A DNA stretch of 63,924 nt, filler included. It is 6 parts of 6 records of this genome, joined end to end, with 100 filler letters (N's around TTAATTAATTAA, not from the genome) between each part and the next. Parts side by side here need not be neighbours in the genome. Positions count along the whole stretch, not along the records: positions 6,368 to 18,298 come from SRR20825010_2480; positions 18,399 to 30,731 come from SRR20825010_2481; 4 more parts are not named here. One strand, given 5' to 3'. Positions 8,830 through 18,595 of this stretch are shown one piece after another. Made by a program: the position numbers and the translations under genes. Every line of letters starts with the position of its first letter. Within the stretch, counting starts at the first letter, position 1. The notes beneath the pieces are model-generated. The model made no database searches, was not told the origin of the DNA, and worked only from the letters and a program-made list of their open reading frames with translations.

Positions 8830-10062
8830 TCAGGCGCTTTGCGCCAGATCGCCCCCGGAGCATTTATCGGTGCTGTCCTCGGCAATCCCCAGCCGTGCCC
8901 GGATGGCCGCCGGCAGCAACCGCCGCGAGGAAATCCTCGGGCGGTCCATTTCGGGGATGAGGCGCTCATAGCCATACAGGTCGAGATAGTCCTGATGGTT
9001 GTCGAAACAGGCCCGCCCCGCCGCATCCATAAAGGTCTCAGCCGCTGCCCCATTGGCAAGGATGACGTCATGCGCCGTGGTCTCGATGTGATAGACGGTG
9101 AACCCGGCGGGAATATCCGCATCCGCCACCCAGTCGATTGTGCTGCCGTTCACCAGCGCAGAGGCATTGATCACCAGCCCGTCGACAATCATGCCATGGT
9201 CCGCTGTGACAATCAGATCCGTATGATTGCCCAAGGCACCGGCGGTAATGCGCACCGGCGCGCGGCGCGCGGCGATCCCGTGCGAGGCGTCGATTGTCTG
9301 ACGGGCCAGCCATAGCACCGTGGTGTCCCCGCCCTCTGCCGTCAGCACCCTGTCGCCCGCGCACAGCGTTTCAATGGCGCGCTCTCCGGTCGGGGTGGCG
9401 ATCATCGTGCCCGCCGCGAAACAGTTGATATTGGCGTCCTGGGTCGTATAGGTCGTTGTCCCGATGGTCGGATTGGTGTGGTCCACGGCGTCATCCGTTG
9501 ACACCCAGAACGCCGGATTGCTGCCCTGCGTCGTGATATCCGTGCCGTTGAACATTGCGTTGTCCGTCAGGCCGCCCACATGTTCGGCAATCGGGCTGAG
9601 TGTCGAATTTGCGAGCAGGAAACTGTCAAGCTGTGTCGTCGACAGGCCGGTGACATCAAGGTTGTTGTTCCATGCCGACCCGCTGCTGCTGGAATTGACG
9701 ATCGCGGCCAGAACCTGCCCGCCCTGCGCGGCGATGATGTTGTCGTTGTCGGTAATGCTCCACCCGTTTCCGGACACTGCGCTGGTGGACCCGCCGGAGG
9801 GGTCACTGGCCAGGATAATAGTGTTCGGAACTATGCTGCTTTCGACGATCGTGACACGATCAAACGCGCTTAACCCGGCCGCCCCGACGGTAAAGGTAAA
9901 AGACGAATTGCCAACGGTGGCGGCGCTTTCGGGGCCGTGAAATGTGATGACCTCCCCGGCGGCAATCGCGGTTGTGGCCACAAAGGAAAAGCTTTCGGCG
10001 CCATCCCCGCTCAGATCCGTCAGGTTTGCGGTAAAGTAGATATCGCCGACTGAAATGGCCAT
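8830..10062 (-). CDS. Hint-domain protein (Hint_2 / bacterial intein-like type B) with an extracellular-type N-terminal domain
   Basis: NIN|CFAAGTMIATPTGERAIETL (Cys214, codon 9421-9423), LIVTADHGM, YHIETTAHDVILANGAAAETF. The N-terminal 213 aa are Ser/Thr/Gly/Asn-rich. Confidence 0.9.
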   Translation of the reverse strand: MAISVGDIYFTANLTDLSGDGAESFSFVATTAIAAGEVITFHGPESAATVGNSSFTFTVGAAGLSAFDRVTIVESSIVPNTIILASDPSGGSTSAVSGNGWSITDNDNIIAAQGGQVLAAIVNSSSSGSAWNNNLDVTGLSTTQLDSFLLANSTLSPIAEHVGGLTDNAMFNGTDITTQGSNPAFWVSTDDAVDHTNPTIGTTTYTTQDANINCFAAGTMIATPTGERAIETLCAGDRVLTAEGGDTTVLWLARQTIDASHGIAARRAPVRITAGALGNHTDLIVTADHGMIVDGLVINASALVNGSTIDWVADADIPAGFTVYHIETTAHDVILANGAAAETFMDAAGRACFDNHQDYLDLYGYERLIPEMDRPRISSRRLLPAAIRARLGIAEDSTDKCSGGDLAQSA

Positions 10063-10197
10063 GGGACGTCCTTTGTCAAAATCTGATTGAAACTGCTTGC
10101 GCGCTCGGGGGCGAGGCTGTCAGATTATCGTGAAAAATCAAGCCGATTTCAGGAAAACCGCACCAAAAAAGACCGCCATGGCAGGGTTTATCCGGCC

Positions 10198-11694
10198 TCA
10201 GCCGACACGCTGCACGGGCACCGCGTCCTGAAACGCCTCGAAATCCGCGATCAGGTTTTGGCGGAAATCCTGCCAGCGGTAGCCGCCAAACGCCTCTGCC
10301 CGGTCCAGCGCCTCGGCATAGGCGTCGTTGTCGCCCATCAGCGCCAAAGCCCGCGCCGCCCATGCCTCGCCGTCCAGCAACGGCAGGCAATCCGCAGCCC
10401 CTTGGGCCGCCTCGACGATCGAGGGGGCGTCGGAACACAGGCAGGGTTTGCCGTGGTTCAGGCTTTCGACCACCGGCAGGCCCCAGCCCTCATAGTGGGA
10501 GGGGTACAGGGTAAAGCGGCAGTTGTCGTAGAGCACGCCAAGCGCCTCGTCGTCGACATCGGTCAGGATGCGGATGGCCTCGTGCGGCAGGCCCACATCC
10601 TCGGCCAGCATCTCGACGAAGGGGCCCATGCTCCACCCCGGCTGGCCGACAAAGATCAGCGGCAGCACCTTGTCCGGATGCCGCTGGTGCAGCTCGCGCC
10701 AGAGACGATAGGCGAAATCATGGTTCTTGCGCGGCTCCAGCGTGCCGACCATCAGCACATAGCCGCCCGCGTCCAGATCATGCCGGGCCAGCGTGGCGCG
10801 GGTGATGTCCGCATCTGCGGGCGCGGTGCTGTCGGCCCCCAGCAGGACCGGCGTCACCCAGCGGTCCTCCAGCGGCGGATAGCCGTGGTCGGCCACATGG
10901 GCCAGCAGGTCCTGACGGGTGGTGTCGGAGATGGTCCAGACCTGATCGACCCCCCAGAGCATCCAGTGCAGCGCCAGCGGAAAGGTTTCCTTGGTGGTGG
11001 GTTCGGTCAAGTGCCGCCAGAGCACCGGGATCAGGTCATAGATCAGGTAATGCACCGTCCAGCCGTGGTCCTTGCGGGCGTGGTAGGCGTATTCATAGCG
11101 GCTGTCTGACCAGAAGCCGCCGACCGACAGGTATTGCGTCACCTGCGCCGGATCGATGGCGTTTTCGGGGGCAAAGCGGTCGGGGGCCTGTGCATCCAGC
11201 TGGCCGTGGTGCAGCTGGTGGTTGACCAGATCGGTGCGCGACAGCACCGGGGCCAATTTCGGGGCGATCCGCTGCGCCATGCCCAGCCAGCGGCGCAGGC
11301 TGGAATATTCCTCAAGGCTGACGCGTGACAGCGCCTGCGCCAGCGCCGCGTCGCGGCGCAATTCGGTGATGGGGTCCGCGCCGGGAAAGCGGCGCACCGC
11401 CTGCCGGATATCGCGGGCCAGCCGAAAGCGGCGCATGTGCCGCCGCAGACGTGAGGGTGACATCGCGGCCCGGTCACGGGTCGGCACCACCCAGCGGCGC
11501 TCTGCCAAAATCGCGTCGATCTCTTCGGGAGGCACACGGTAATACCCCTCCAGCACCGGGTTGTAGATGCCAAAGGTCACTGCCTCGCCGTGCTGCGCGC
11601 GGAAGGCGCGGATCACCTCTTGCTCGACCCGCAGAAGGCCCATCGCCTTCCAGTGGCGGAAAGTGTAGCTGGTGGTGATATCGAGAAGGATCAT
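10198..11694 (-). CDS. GT4 glycosyltransferase (LPS/EPS mannosyltransferase-like)
   Basis: IYDLIP, VGTLEPRKNH, YPSHYEGWGLPVVESL. Start MILLDIT at 11694. Confidence 0.9.
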   Translation of the reverse strand: MILLDITTSYTFRHWKAMGLLRVEQEVIRAFRAQHGEAVTFGIYNPVLEGYYRVPPEEIDAILAERRWVVPTRDRAAMSPSRLRRHMRRFRLARDIRQAVRRFPGADPITELRRDAALAQALSRVSLEEYSSLRRWLGMAQRIAPKLAPVLSRTDLVNHQLHHGQLDAQAPDRFAPENAIDPAQVTQYLSVGGFWSDSRYEYAYHARKDHGWTVHYLIYDLIPVLWRHLTEPTTKETFPLALHWMLWGVDQVWTISDTTRQDLLAHVADHGYPPLEDRWVTPVLLGADSTAPADADITRATLARHDLDAGGYVLMVGTLEPRKNHDFAYRLWRELHQRHPDKVLPLIFVGQPGWSMGPFVEMLAEDVGLPHEAIRILTDVDDEALGVLYDNCRFTLYPSHYEGWGLPVVESLNHGKPCLCSDAPSIVEAAQGAADCLPLLDGEAWAARALALMGDNDAYAEALDRAEAFGGYRWQDFRQNLIADFEAFQDAVPVQRVG

Positions 11695-11764
11695 GTCACG
11701 GTCCGGGTTGCAGTCTGAGAGTTGGCGGAGTTCCGGCAAAATCCGGGGCCCCTGTCGGGCACGC

Positions 11765-12541
11765 TCAGCGCCAGAGGGCCTCAATCTGGGCGGCGCGTTC
11801 GACCGGCACCAGAAACCAGTCCCAGATCCCGCGATCGCATTCCGTCAGCCAGGCCTCGGGCGTGGTCAGAGGATAGCCGAACAGGTCAAAAACAGCATAG
11901 CCCGCGCTGTCGGCAAACTGCCAAAGATCCATCGCCTGATGGCCGTAGGGCGCATAGCCGGGCGCGCCGTATTCCACCGACAGGATCGGCCGGGCACGGG
12001 CCAGCGTGTCGCGCGCGCCGTCCAGCACGTCCAGCTCGGCGCCCTCGACATCGATCTTGATGTAATGGGGGTCGGGCAAGCCCTGTGCGGTCACCATGTC
12101 ATCCAGCCGGTTCACCATCACCGTGATCTGGCGCACCTTCGCCAGTTCGGGATGGTTGAACTGTCGTTCGATCAGGCCGCTTTCCTCCGGCGTGCCGGTG
12201 GCGAAGGCAAAGCTTGTCTTGCCGCTCTGGTTGGACAGCGCGGTCTCATGGATCGTGAAATTGCGATGCTGCGCGGCCAGCGAGCGCAGGCGTTGCGCCA
12301 TCTGGGGGATCGGCTCAAACCCGACGACCTGCCCGCCGGGGCCGACAAGTTCCAGAAAGGGCGTCGTGTGCCGACCGGCGTGACAGCCGATGTCGTAGAC
12401 GCATTGACCGGGCGCGATGACGCGGCGGTACATAGCTTCGAGAATGGCCTCGTAGTGCGGTATCAACGGGGAGAGCCGGTTGATCCGCGCCAGAAATTCA
12501 ATGCGGGAGGCCTGCTCGGCCGGACTTGACTGACTGCTCAT
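11765..12541 (-). CDS. FkbM family methyltransferase
   Basis: YDIGCHAG, VVGFEP, IKIDVEGAELDVLDGA. Confidence 0.9.
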   Translation of the reverse strand: MSSQSSPAEQASRIEFLARINRLSPLIPHYEAILEAMYRRVIAPGQCVYDIGCHAGRHTTPFLELVGPGGQVVGFEPIPQMAQRLRSLAAQHRNFTIHETALSNQSGKTSFAFATGTPEESGLIERQFNHPELAKVRQITVMVNRLDDMVTAQGLPDPHYIKIDVEGAELDVLDGARDTLARARPILSVEYGAPGYAPYGHQAMDLWQFADSAGYAVFDLFGYPLTTPEAWLTECDRGIWDWFLVPVERAAQIEALWR

Positions 12542-12699
12542 GGACCGAGCTTTAGAGCAAGCCCCCAGCCGTGCCAAGAGATCACCTCCCGTGGGGCCAG
12601 AGTAGGCGGCCAGAGGGCTGAGCCAGTGTGGTCAGGGCGCGCGTTCTGTGCCATGACACCGTGATGCCGCGCCGCTCGATTGGATGAAGACAAGACAGC

Positions 12700-13881
12700 A
12701 TGACAGAGCACAGCCAAGGCGCCCCGGTGCGGGCCATCCTGCATGTGGGGGCGCCGAAATGCGGCAGTTCCGCCCTGCAACGGGCGCTGAGCGCACAGCC
12801 AGAGCTGCGCGGCGCGGACGGGCGGCGGCATGTCTACATGGCGGGTCGCGTGACCGAGGACGGTCTGGTGCCGGTGACGGGCCGGCGGTTGGCGGCGATG
12901 ATGCGGCATTCGGTGCATGGCTATCTGTCGTGGCCCAATGTCACCCGGCAGGACAATCAGCCCGCCTATTGGGCGCAGGTCGGCGCGGGCGTCGCGGCGC
13001 AGACGCGCGCGGGCCGGGTGCCGATCCTGTCCAGCGAAGGCTGGATCGCCCATGCGGATCAGGCCCCGGCGCTGGCGGCGGCGGCCGGGCTGGAGACGCT
13101 GGATGCCATCGTCTTTGTGCGCCCGCCGCTGGACTGGATCAACGCCGCCTATTGGCAGTGGGGCATCTGGCACACCGGGTTTTTTCACAACCGTCAGGTC
13201 GAACGCTGGCTGGAACGGGCGCGCTATGACGTGGGGCCGCATGTGGCGGCCTGGGCCCGGGCGCCCAACGTGCGGCTGGCGGTGGACAGCGCGCGGGCCG
13301 ACGTGGTGGCGGGCTTTGCCGCCCGCTACGGCCTGCCGCTACAGGCGGGCGATCAGGTCAACAGCGCCCCGCCCCCGGCGCTGACCGGGTTTTTCCTGCG
13401 CAACCGCCGCTTTCGCCCCACCCCGCACGACAGTGCGGCGGAATTTGTGGTGCAGCGCTGGTGCCAGTTTGCGCCCTCGGACAAGCTCTGGGCCTTTTTG
13501 CCGCGCTTTGCGCAAGAGGTCTGGCCGCGCCTGCAGGACGACGTGGCCCGGATGATGGAGGCGCTGCCGCCCGAGACCGCCGAGCGGCTGCTGGCGGAAC
13601 CGGGCTGGACCTCGTTGGATCCCTATTGGGCGCGAATGAAGGCGGGGCCGACGCGGCTGGACGCCCCCGAGGCGCTGGCGGACCTGTATGACGGCATCGC
13701 CAAGGGCGCGCGCGCGGCTGGGGCCGGATCTGGGGCGGGCGATGTTTCGCGCGCGAAACCCGCCGCCTCTGCCCCGGTCGAGGACTGGGATGCGGCAATC
13801 GCCGTGGTACTGGACCGGCTGCTGGAGGCCGATCTGCGCTGGCGCAGACGCGGGGCGATGCGGCGGATGATCGGGGTATAA
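12700..13881 (+). CDS. P-loop sulfotransferase-like protein
   Basis: ILHVGAPKCGSSALQ PAPS-binding-like loop, ILSSEG, VFVRPPLDWINAAYWQW. Confidence 0.7.
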   Translation: MTEHSQGAPVRAILHVGAPKCGSSALQRALSAQPELRGADGRRHVYMAGRVTEDGLVPVTGRRLAAMMRHSVHGYLSWPNVTRQDNQPAYWAQVGAGVAAQTRAGRVPILSSEGWIAHADQAPALAAAAGLETLDAIVFVRPPLDWINAAYWQWGIWHTGFFHNRQVERWLERARYDVGPHVAAWARAPNVRLAVDSARADVVAGFAARYGLPLQAGDQVNSAPPPALTGFFLRNRRFRPTPHDSAAEFVVQRWCQFAPSDKLWAFLPRFAQEVWPRLQDDVARMMEALPPETAERLLAEPGWTSLDPYWARMKAGPTRLDAPEALADLYDGIAKGARAAGAGSGAGDVSRAKPAASAPVEDWDAAIAVVLDRLLEADLRWRRRGAMRRMIGV

Positions 13882-13888
13882 GCGCCCG

Positions 13889-14905
13889 CTAGAACAGGAC
13901 ATCGTCGCTGGTCAGGGTGATGGCGCTGTCGCCGGGATTGTCGATCACCAATGTGTCGGGGCCTGTCCCCAGCACCAGCCGCCCGCCCGCCGCCACGCTG
14001 ATCGAATGGCCCGGCACCATCAGCGCCGCGCGCAGCGCAAACGCCGCGCCGGTGAGGTCGATCAGATCCACCCCGTCCTCAAAATCGGCGATGCGGTCCT
14101 GACCCCGGGTGAAGACAAAGACATCCGCCCCCGCGCCACCAATCAGCAGATCGTCGCCCACCCCGCCTTGCAGGGTGTCATGGCCGCTGTGGCCGGACAG
14201 TGTGTCGTCCCCCGCCCCGCCGCGCAACAGATCGTGTCCGGCCCCGCCCGAGGCGGCATCGTTGCCGTCTTCGCCCAGCAGCGTGTCATTACCCGCCTCT
14301 CCGGCCATCCAGTCGTGGCCCGTGCCGCCCACCATCCAGTCGTTGCCCGCGCCCCCGACCAGCGTGTCAGCGCCCGCCTCGCCGCGCAGCCAGTCGTCAC
14401 CATCACCGCCCGCCAGCGTGTCATTGCCATCCCCGGCAAACAGCGTGTCGCTGTCCTGCGCGCCGCGCAGCCAGTCATCGCCCGCGCCGCCGGTCAGCAG
14501 ATCATCCCCGGTGCCGCCGTCCAGCATGTCGTCGCCCTCCTCACCGGCCATGGTATCGTCGCCGGTGGTACCGATCAGGGTGTCGCCCCCCGATCCGCCG
14601 CGCAGGTCGTCATCGTCAGAGCCCCCCACCAACAGGTCGCGCCCCGGCCCGCCCAGCAGCGCGTCCTCCCCGTCGTCGCCGCGCAGGGTGTCATCGCCGT
14701 CGCCACCCAGCAGCCAGTCCTTGCCGGGGCCGCCGATCAGCCGGTCATCGCCCGCGTCGCCTGCCAGCGTGTCATTGCCGGCCTCGCCGCGCAGCGTGTC
14801 GTTGCCCGCCCGCCCCGAGGCCCGGTCATGCCCGGCCATGAGCGCGATCAGCCGGGCCAGCGGGCCATCGGTCAGATCGTCGTCAAACGGTGTCGGTCGT
14901 GCCAT
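13889..14905 (-). CDS. RTX (hemolysin-type Ca-binding) repeat protein
   Basis: 26 consecutive GGxGxDxLx-type nonapeptides, then GADVFVF...DRIADFEDGVDLIDL and a T1SS-type end (LTSDDVLF). Confidence 0.9.
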   Translation of the reverse strand: MARPTPFDDDLTDGPLARLIALMAGHDRASGRAGNDTLRGEAGNDTLAGDAGDDRLIGGPGKDWLLGGDGDDTLRGDDGEDALLGGPGRDLLVGGSDDDDLRGGSGGDTLIGTTGDDTMAGEEGDDMLDGGTGDDLLTGGAGDDWLRGAQDSDTLFAGDGNDTLAGGDGDDWLRGEAGADTLVGGAGNDWMVGGTGHDWMAGEAGNDTLLGEDGNDAASGGAGHDLLRGGAGDDTLSGHSGHDTLQGGVGDDLLIGGAGADVFVFTRGQDRIADFEDGVDLIDLTGAAFALRAALMVPGHSISVAAGGRLVLGTGPDTLVIDNPGDSAITLTSDDVLF

Positions 14906-15125
14906 CGGTTCACCCCGTCCTTGCGTGTCGGCCCCCGCCCCACCGGGGCCGAATCGGCCCCGCGCCCCGTCCGTGGCGCGGCCGACAGCCCCTCTGTGGA
15001 TTTACCCCGAAGCGGGCCGTGGGACGCAGAGGAATTGGAAACATTGGTTAAAACCGTTCGAACCCCGCAAAATCACGGCCTTTCGGGGGGCTGGCTGCCT
15101 GTCAGCCCCTCCGATCCGGCAAATG

Positions 15126-15164
15126 TTCACGGTTTGTTAAGCGGGACACGCGAGGTTGTTAACC
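15126..15164. promoter_or_regulatory. CtrA-like sites between divergent RTX genes
   Basis: TTCA-N7-TTAA at 15126-15140, TTAACC at 15159-15164, GGTTAA at 15046-15051, all in otherwise GC-rich DNA. Confidence 0.4.
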
Positions 15165-15213
15165 AAGATGAAAGGGGCGGCCCCCTGTGGCCCGGTCCCG
15201 GGGGACACCGCCT

Positions 15214-16659
15214 ATGACCACCACCTATCAATCCAGCGCCTCGACCACGGTCTATGCCCCCAATGGCGCCACTGTCGTGCTGCGCGACTACAACGACATC
15301 TACACCGCCAATGGCGACGGGTTTCAGCTGATGGCCGGGACGCTGGTCACCAGCCTGTTTGCCTATGGCTTTGTCTGGGCCGACGACAATGGCGTCGAGG
15401 TGCGGGCCGACAATGCGCGGATCGCCAATTTCGGCACGCTGACCAGCTTTACCGGCGACGCCATCAACCTTGCCGGCGGGGCGGGGCTGATCGAGATCCT
15501 CAACTACGGCACCATGATGGCCAATGACGGGGAGCTGATCGACATCGACAGCCCCGGCGACAAGAACATCGACCTGTTCAACGCGGGCACCATGGTGGCA
15601 CGCGGGGCTGACCTGGTGTTTGACGGCGCGATCGGAAATTTCACCCTGACCAACTCGGGGCTGATGAATGGCCAGGATCTGGCCATGAGCGGCAGCGGAT
15701 TCAGCCGTCTGGTCAACACCGGAGAGATATTCGCCACCCGGATTGACATGCGCTCAACCGGGCCGGCGGTGCTGATCAACCGGGGCACGCTGACCGACCG
15801 CGACGGCACCGGCGATCTGGTGCTGACCGGCGACGCGGCGGCGGGCGACACGGTGGTCAACGCAGGCACCCTTCTGGGCAGCGTCGCCTTGGGGATCGGT
15901 GCGGATTTCTTCGAGAACGCAGGCCCGGGCGTGACCAGCGGCGCGGTGCGCGGCGAGGCGGGCAATGACACGCTGGTGGGCGGCGAAAGCGCCGACTTGC
16001 TGGAGGGCGGCAGCGACAATGACAAGCTGGTCGGGCGCGGCGGCGACGACGCCCTGCACGGCGGCGCGGGCGACGACCTGATCCTTGCCGGGCTGGGCAG
16101 CGACGTGGTCACCGGCGGCGACGGCACCGATACGATCTCTGGCGGCGGCGGCGACGACGACCTGTCGGGGGACGGCGCGGCGGACGTGCTGGCCGGGCAG
16201 GACGGGTCGGACCTGCTGGAGGGCGGCGCGGGCAACGACACGCTGGACGGTGGCGACGGCAATGACACGCTGGAAGGCGGCGATGACAATGACGTGCTGC
16301 GCGGCCGCGCCGGAGAGGATGAACTGGCGGGCGGTCTGGGGTTGGATTTTCTGACCGGCGGCGCGGATGCGGATGTCTTTGTGTTCCGCACCACCGCCCA
16401 TGCGGGAACAGGGGCCGTCCGCGACCAGATCCTTGACTTTGAGCAGGGGGTGGACCTGATCAACGTGGTCAGCATGTCGCCGGGGGTGTTTGCCTTTGTC
16501 GGCACGGCGGCGTTTTCGGCCCCCAACCAGATCCGGGTGATCGAGACCGCGACCGGGTCCAGCATCGTGCAGTTCGACGTGGACGGGGATGGCACGGCGG
16601 ATGCCGAGATCCGGGTGGGCGGTGTCACCGGGCTGACCGCAGATGATTTCGCGTTGTAG
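15214..16659 (+). CDS. RTX Ca-binding protein with beta-helix-like N-terminus and serralysin-like C-terminal domain
   Basis: Recurring NxG motifs in the N-terminal half, 16 nonapeptides, RDQILDFEQGVDLI, DVDGDGTADAEIRV, ends LTADDFAL. Confidence 0.9.
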   Translation: MTTTYQSSASTTVYAPNGATVVLRDYNDIYTANGDGFQLMAGTLVTSLFAYGFVWADDNGVEVRADNARIANFGTLTSFTGDAINLAGGAGLIEILNYGTMMANDGELIDIDSPGDKNIDLFNAGTMVARGADLVFDGAIGNFTLTNSGLMNGQDLAMSGSGFSRLVNTGEIFATRIDMRSTGPAVLINRGTLTDRDGTGDLVLTGDAAAGDTVVNAGTLLGSVALGIGADFFENAGPGVTSGAVRGEAGNDTLVGGESADLLEGGSDNDKLVGRGGDDALHGGAGDDLILAGLGSDVVTGGDGTDTISGGGGDDDLSGDGAADVLAGQDGSDLLEGGAGNDTLDGGDGNDTLEGGDDNDVLRGRAGEDELAGGLGLDFLTGGADADVFVFRTTAHAGTGAVRDQILDFEQGVDLINVVSMSPGVFAFVGTAAFSAPNQIRVIETATGSSIVQFDVDGDGTADAEIRVGGVTGLTADDFAL

Positions 16660-16921
16660 CGCCAGCCCGCCAGTCCCGACCGCCCCGGCGGGGGTGAAAT
16701 GATCATTGGGAGAGATCCCCGAAGATCACTCCACCATAAGAAGAAAGCCCTTTGTATTTGCCCCCGCCCCCGCGCTTTTGCGGGGATTTCTTTGACCTGA
16801 CGACAATTTTGGCAAACCATGGTGGCCTGTCCCTCATCAGACCGGCCTTTTGTCGTCCTTGTCCCTTGGGATCGCCGGGCCGTCCTTTTGCATATGCATT
16901 GACCAACAGGAGATTTCCGCC

Positions 16922-18298
16922 ATGGCCTCGTTCAACATCAACAGCTTTGTCACCGCCCAGCAGATCCTCAACAACGGAGAGGCTGGCATCATCGGGCCGC
17001 AAGGTTCCCTGCAGGTGTTCGCCTTTCCCGTGATCATGAACGGCAGCGCGAGCCTGCTGGTCGACGGATCCATTCTGGGTTTTGGCAATGGGGTGGATGC
17101 CCAGGACGCCACCGTAGTCACAATGTATGTGGGACCAAACGGGTCGATCCAGACCAATGGCCACGGCCTCATCGCCAATGTGACCGACAGCACGCAGATC
17201 ATAAACCACGGCAGCATCATCGGCAGCCTCAGCGCGCTGGAACTGACGACGGATGCCGCCGCCGTGCTGCCCATCAACCATGATGTGATCAACACCGGTC
17301 TGCTGTCGTCGATCTCAGAGGCTGCTGTTATTCTGGAAATCACCAACACCGGCTTTATCGAATTCACCAACAGCGGTGTGATCAGCTCTAGCAGCCGGGG
17401 CATCGACAATTCCCTGACCGGCGTGTCGGGCGGCCTTAGCATCTTTCGCAACACCGGCGAGATTCTGGCCGGGCAGGACATCGGCGGTACGCCGGACTAT
17501 GCCTTTCTGGGCGGCGCCTCGACCGATTACCTGATCAATTCCGGGATCATCAGCGGCGAGATCGACATGGGCGCGGGCGCGGATTTCTACAACGCCAACG
17601 GCGGCACCACCTCTGGCCGGGTGCTGGGCGGCACCGGCAACGACACGTTGCAGGGCGGGTCAGAGGCCGACCAGATGCTGGGCGGCAACGATGCCGACCT
17701 GCTGATCGGGCGCGGCGGCGACGATATCCTGAGCGGCGAGGCGGGCAATGACTACATCCTGGGCGGCGCGGGCAACGACAGCATGACGGGTGGCACCAAC
17801 TTCGACACGATCAACGGCAATGCCGGCGACGACACGCTGTACGGCGAGGCGGGCAATGACATCCTTGTCGGGCAGGACGGATCGGATTTCCTCGATGGCG
17901 GCGATCTGGACGACACGCTGGACGGCGGCAATGGCGATGACATCCTTGAGGGCGGCAGCGGTAACGACATCCTGCGTGGCCGCGCCGGTGAGGATGATCT
18001 GGCGGGCGGCACCGGGAGGGACCTGTTGACCGGCGGTGAGGGCGCGGACAACTTTGTCTTTCGCGGCATTGCCGATGCCGGCATCGGGGCCACCCGCGAT
18101 CAGATCCTTGATTTCGAACAGGGCGTCGATCTGATTGTCGTGGCGGGTCTGTCGCCCGGCGTGTTCGAATTTCGCGGCACCGCCGGGTTTGCCCCCTCGG
18201 GCAATCCCGAACTGCGCCTGTTCGAGACGCCCACCGGGTCGACCATCGTGCAGATCGACAACAATGGCGACGGCACCATCGACGCGGAAATTCGCGTG
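16922..18298 (+). CDS. RTX Ca-binding protein paralogue, 3'-truncated at contig end
   Basis: AGGAG RBS before ATG at 16922; same architecture and the same 16-repeat register as 15214-16659. Confidence 0.9.
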
Positions 18299-18398
18299 NN
18301 NNNNNNNNNNNNNNNNNNNNNNNNNNNNNNNNNNNNNNNNNNTTAATTAATTAANNNNNNNNNNNNNNNNNNNNNNNNNNNNNNNNNNNNNNNNNNNN
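18299..18398. other. Artificial contig linker
   Basis: 44 N + TTAATTAATTAA + 44 N. Confidence 0.98.
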
Positions 18399-18595
18399 GT
18401 TCTACCCGATCATTCCTGCCGACCTGCTGAGTCCAATCTGGACCGCCGCCGATTGGTCACGGGTTGGATGTGCCGGCATGGATTGCAGTCGTTGCGAAAC
18501 CCATTGTGCCCAAAGAAAAAGCCACGCTCGGATGATGAGCATCCAGGCGTGGCTTCAGAGTTGAGTCGATAAGATTCTTCAAAACTACGTGTCGA

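Noticed and set aside
14006-16820. Long Ser/Pro-rich ORFs (14006-15217, 14109-15140, 15504-16820)
   Set aside because: They are antisense or alternate-frame shadows of the GC-rich RTX repeat genes.
16805-16830. GGCAAACC as part of a c-di-GMP-I riboswitch upstream of an RTX gene
   Set aside because: The rest of the motif (paired GNRA stem and following GACGCAAA segment) is absent.
18457-18504. MGFATTAIHAG peptide resembling the N-terminus of a cystathionine gamma-synthase
   Set aside because: It stops after 15 codons and no downstream frame continues the similarity. It is too short and too near the contig edge to call.
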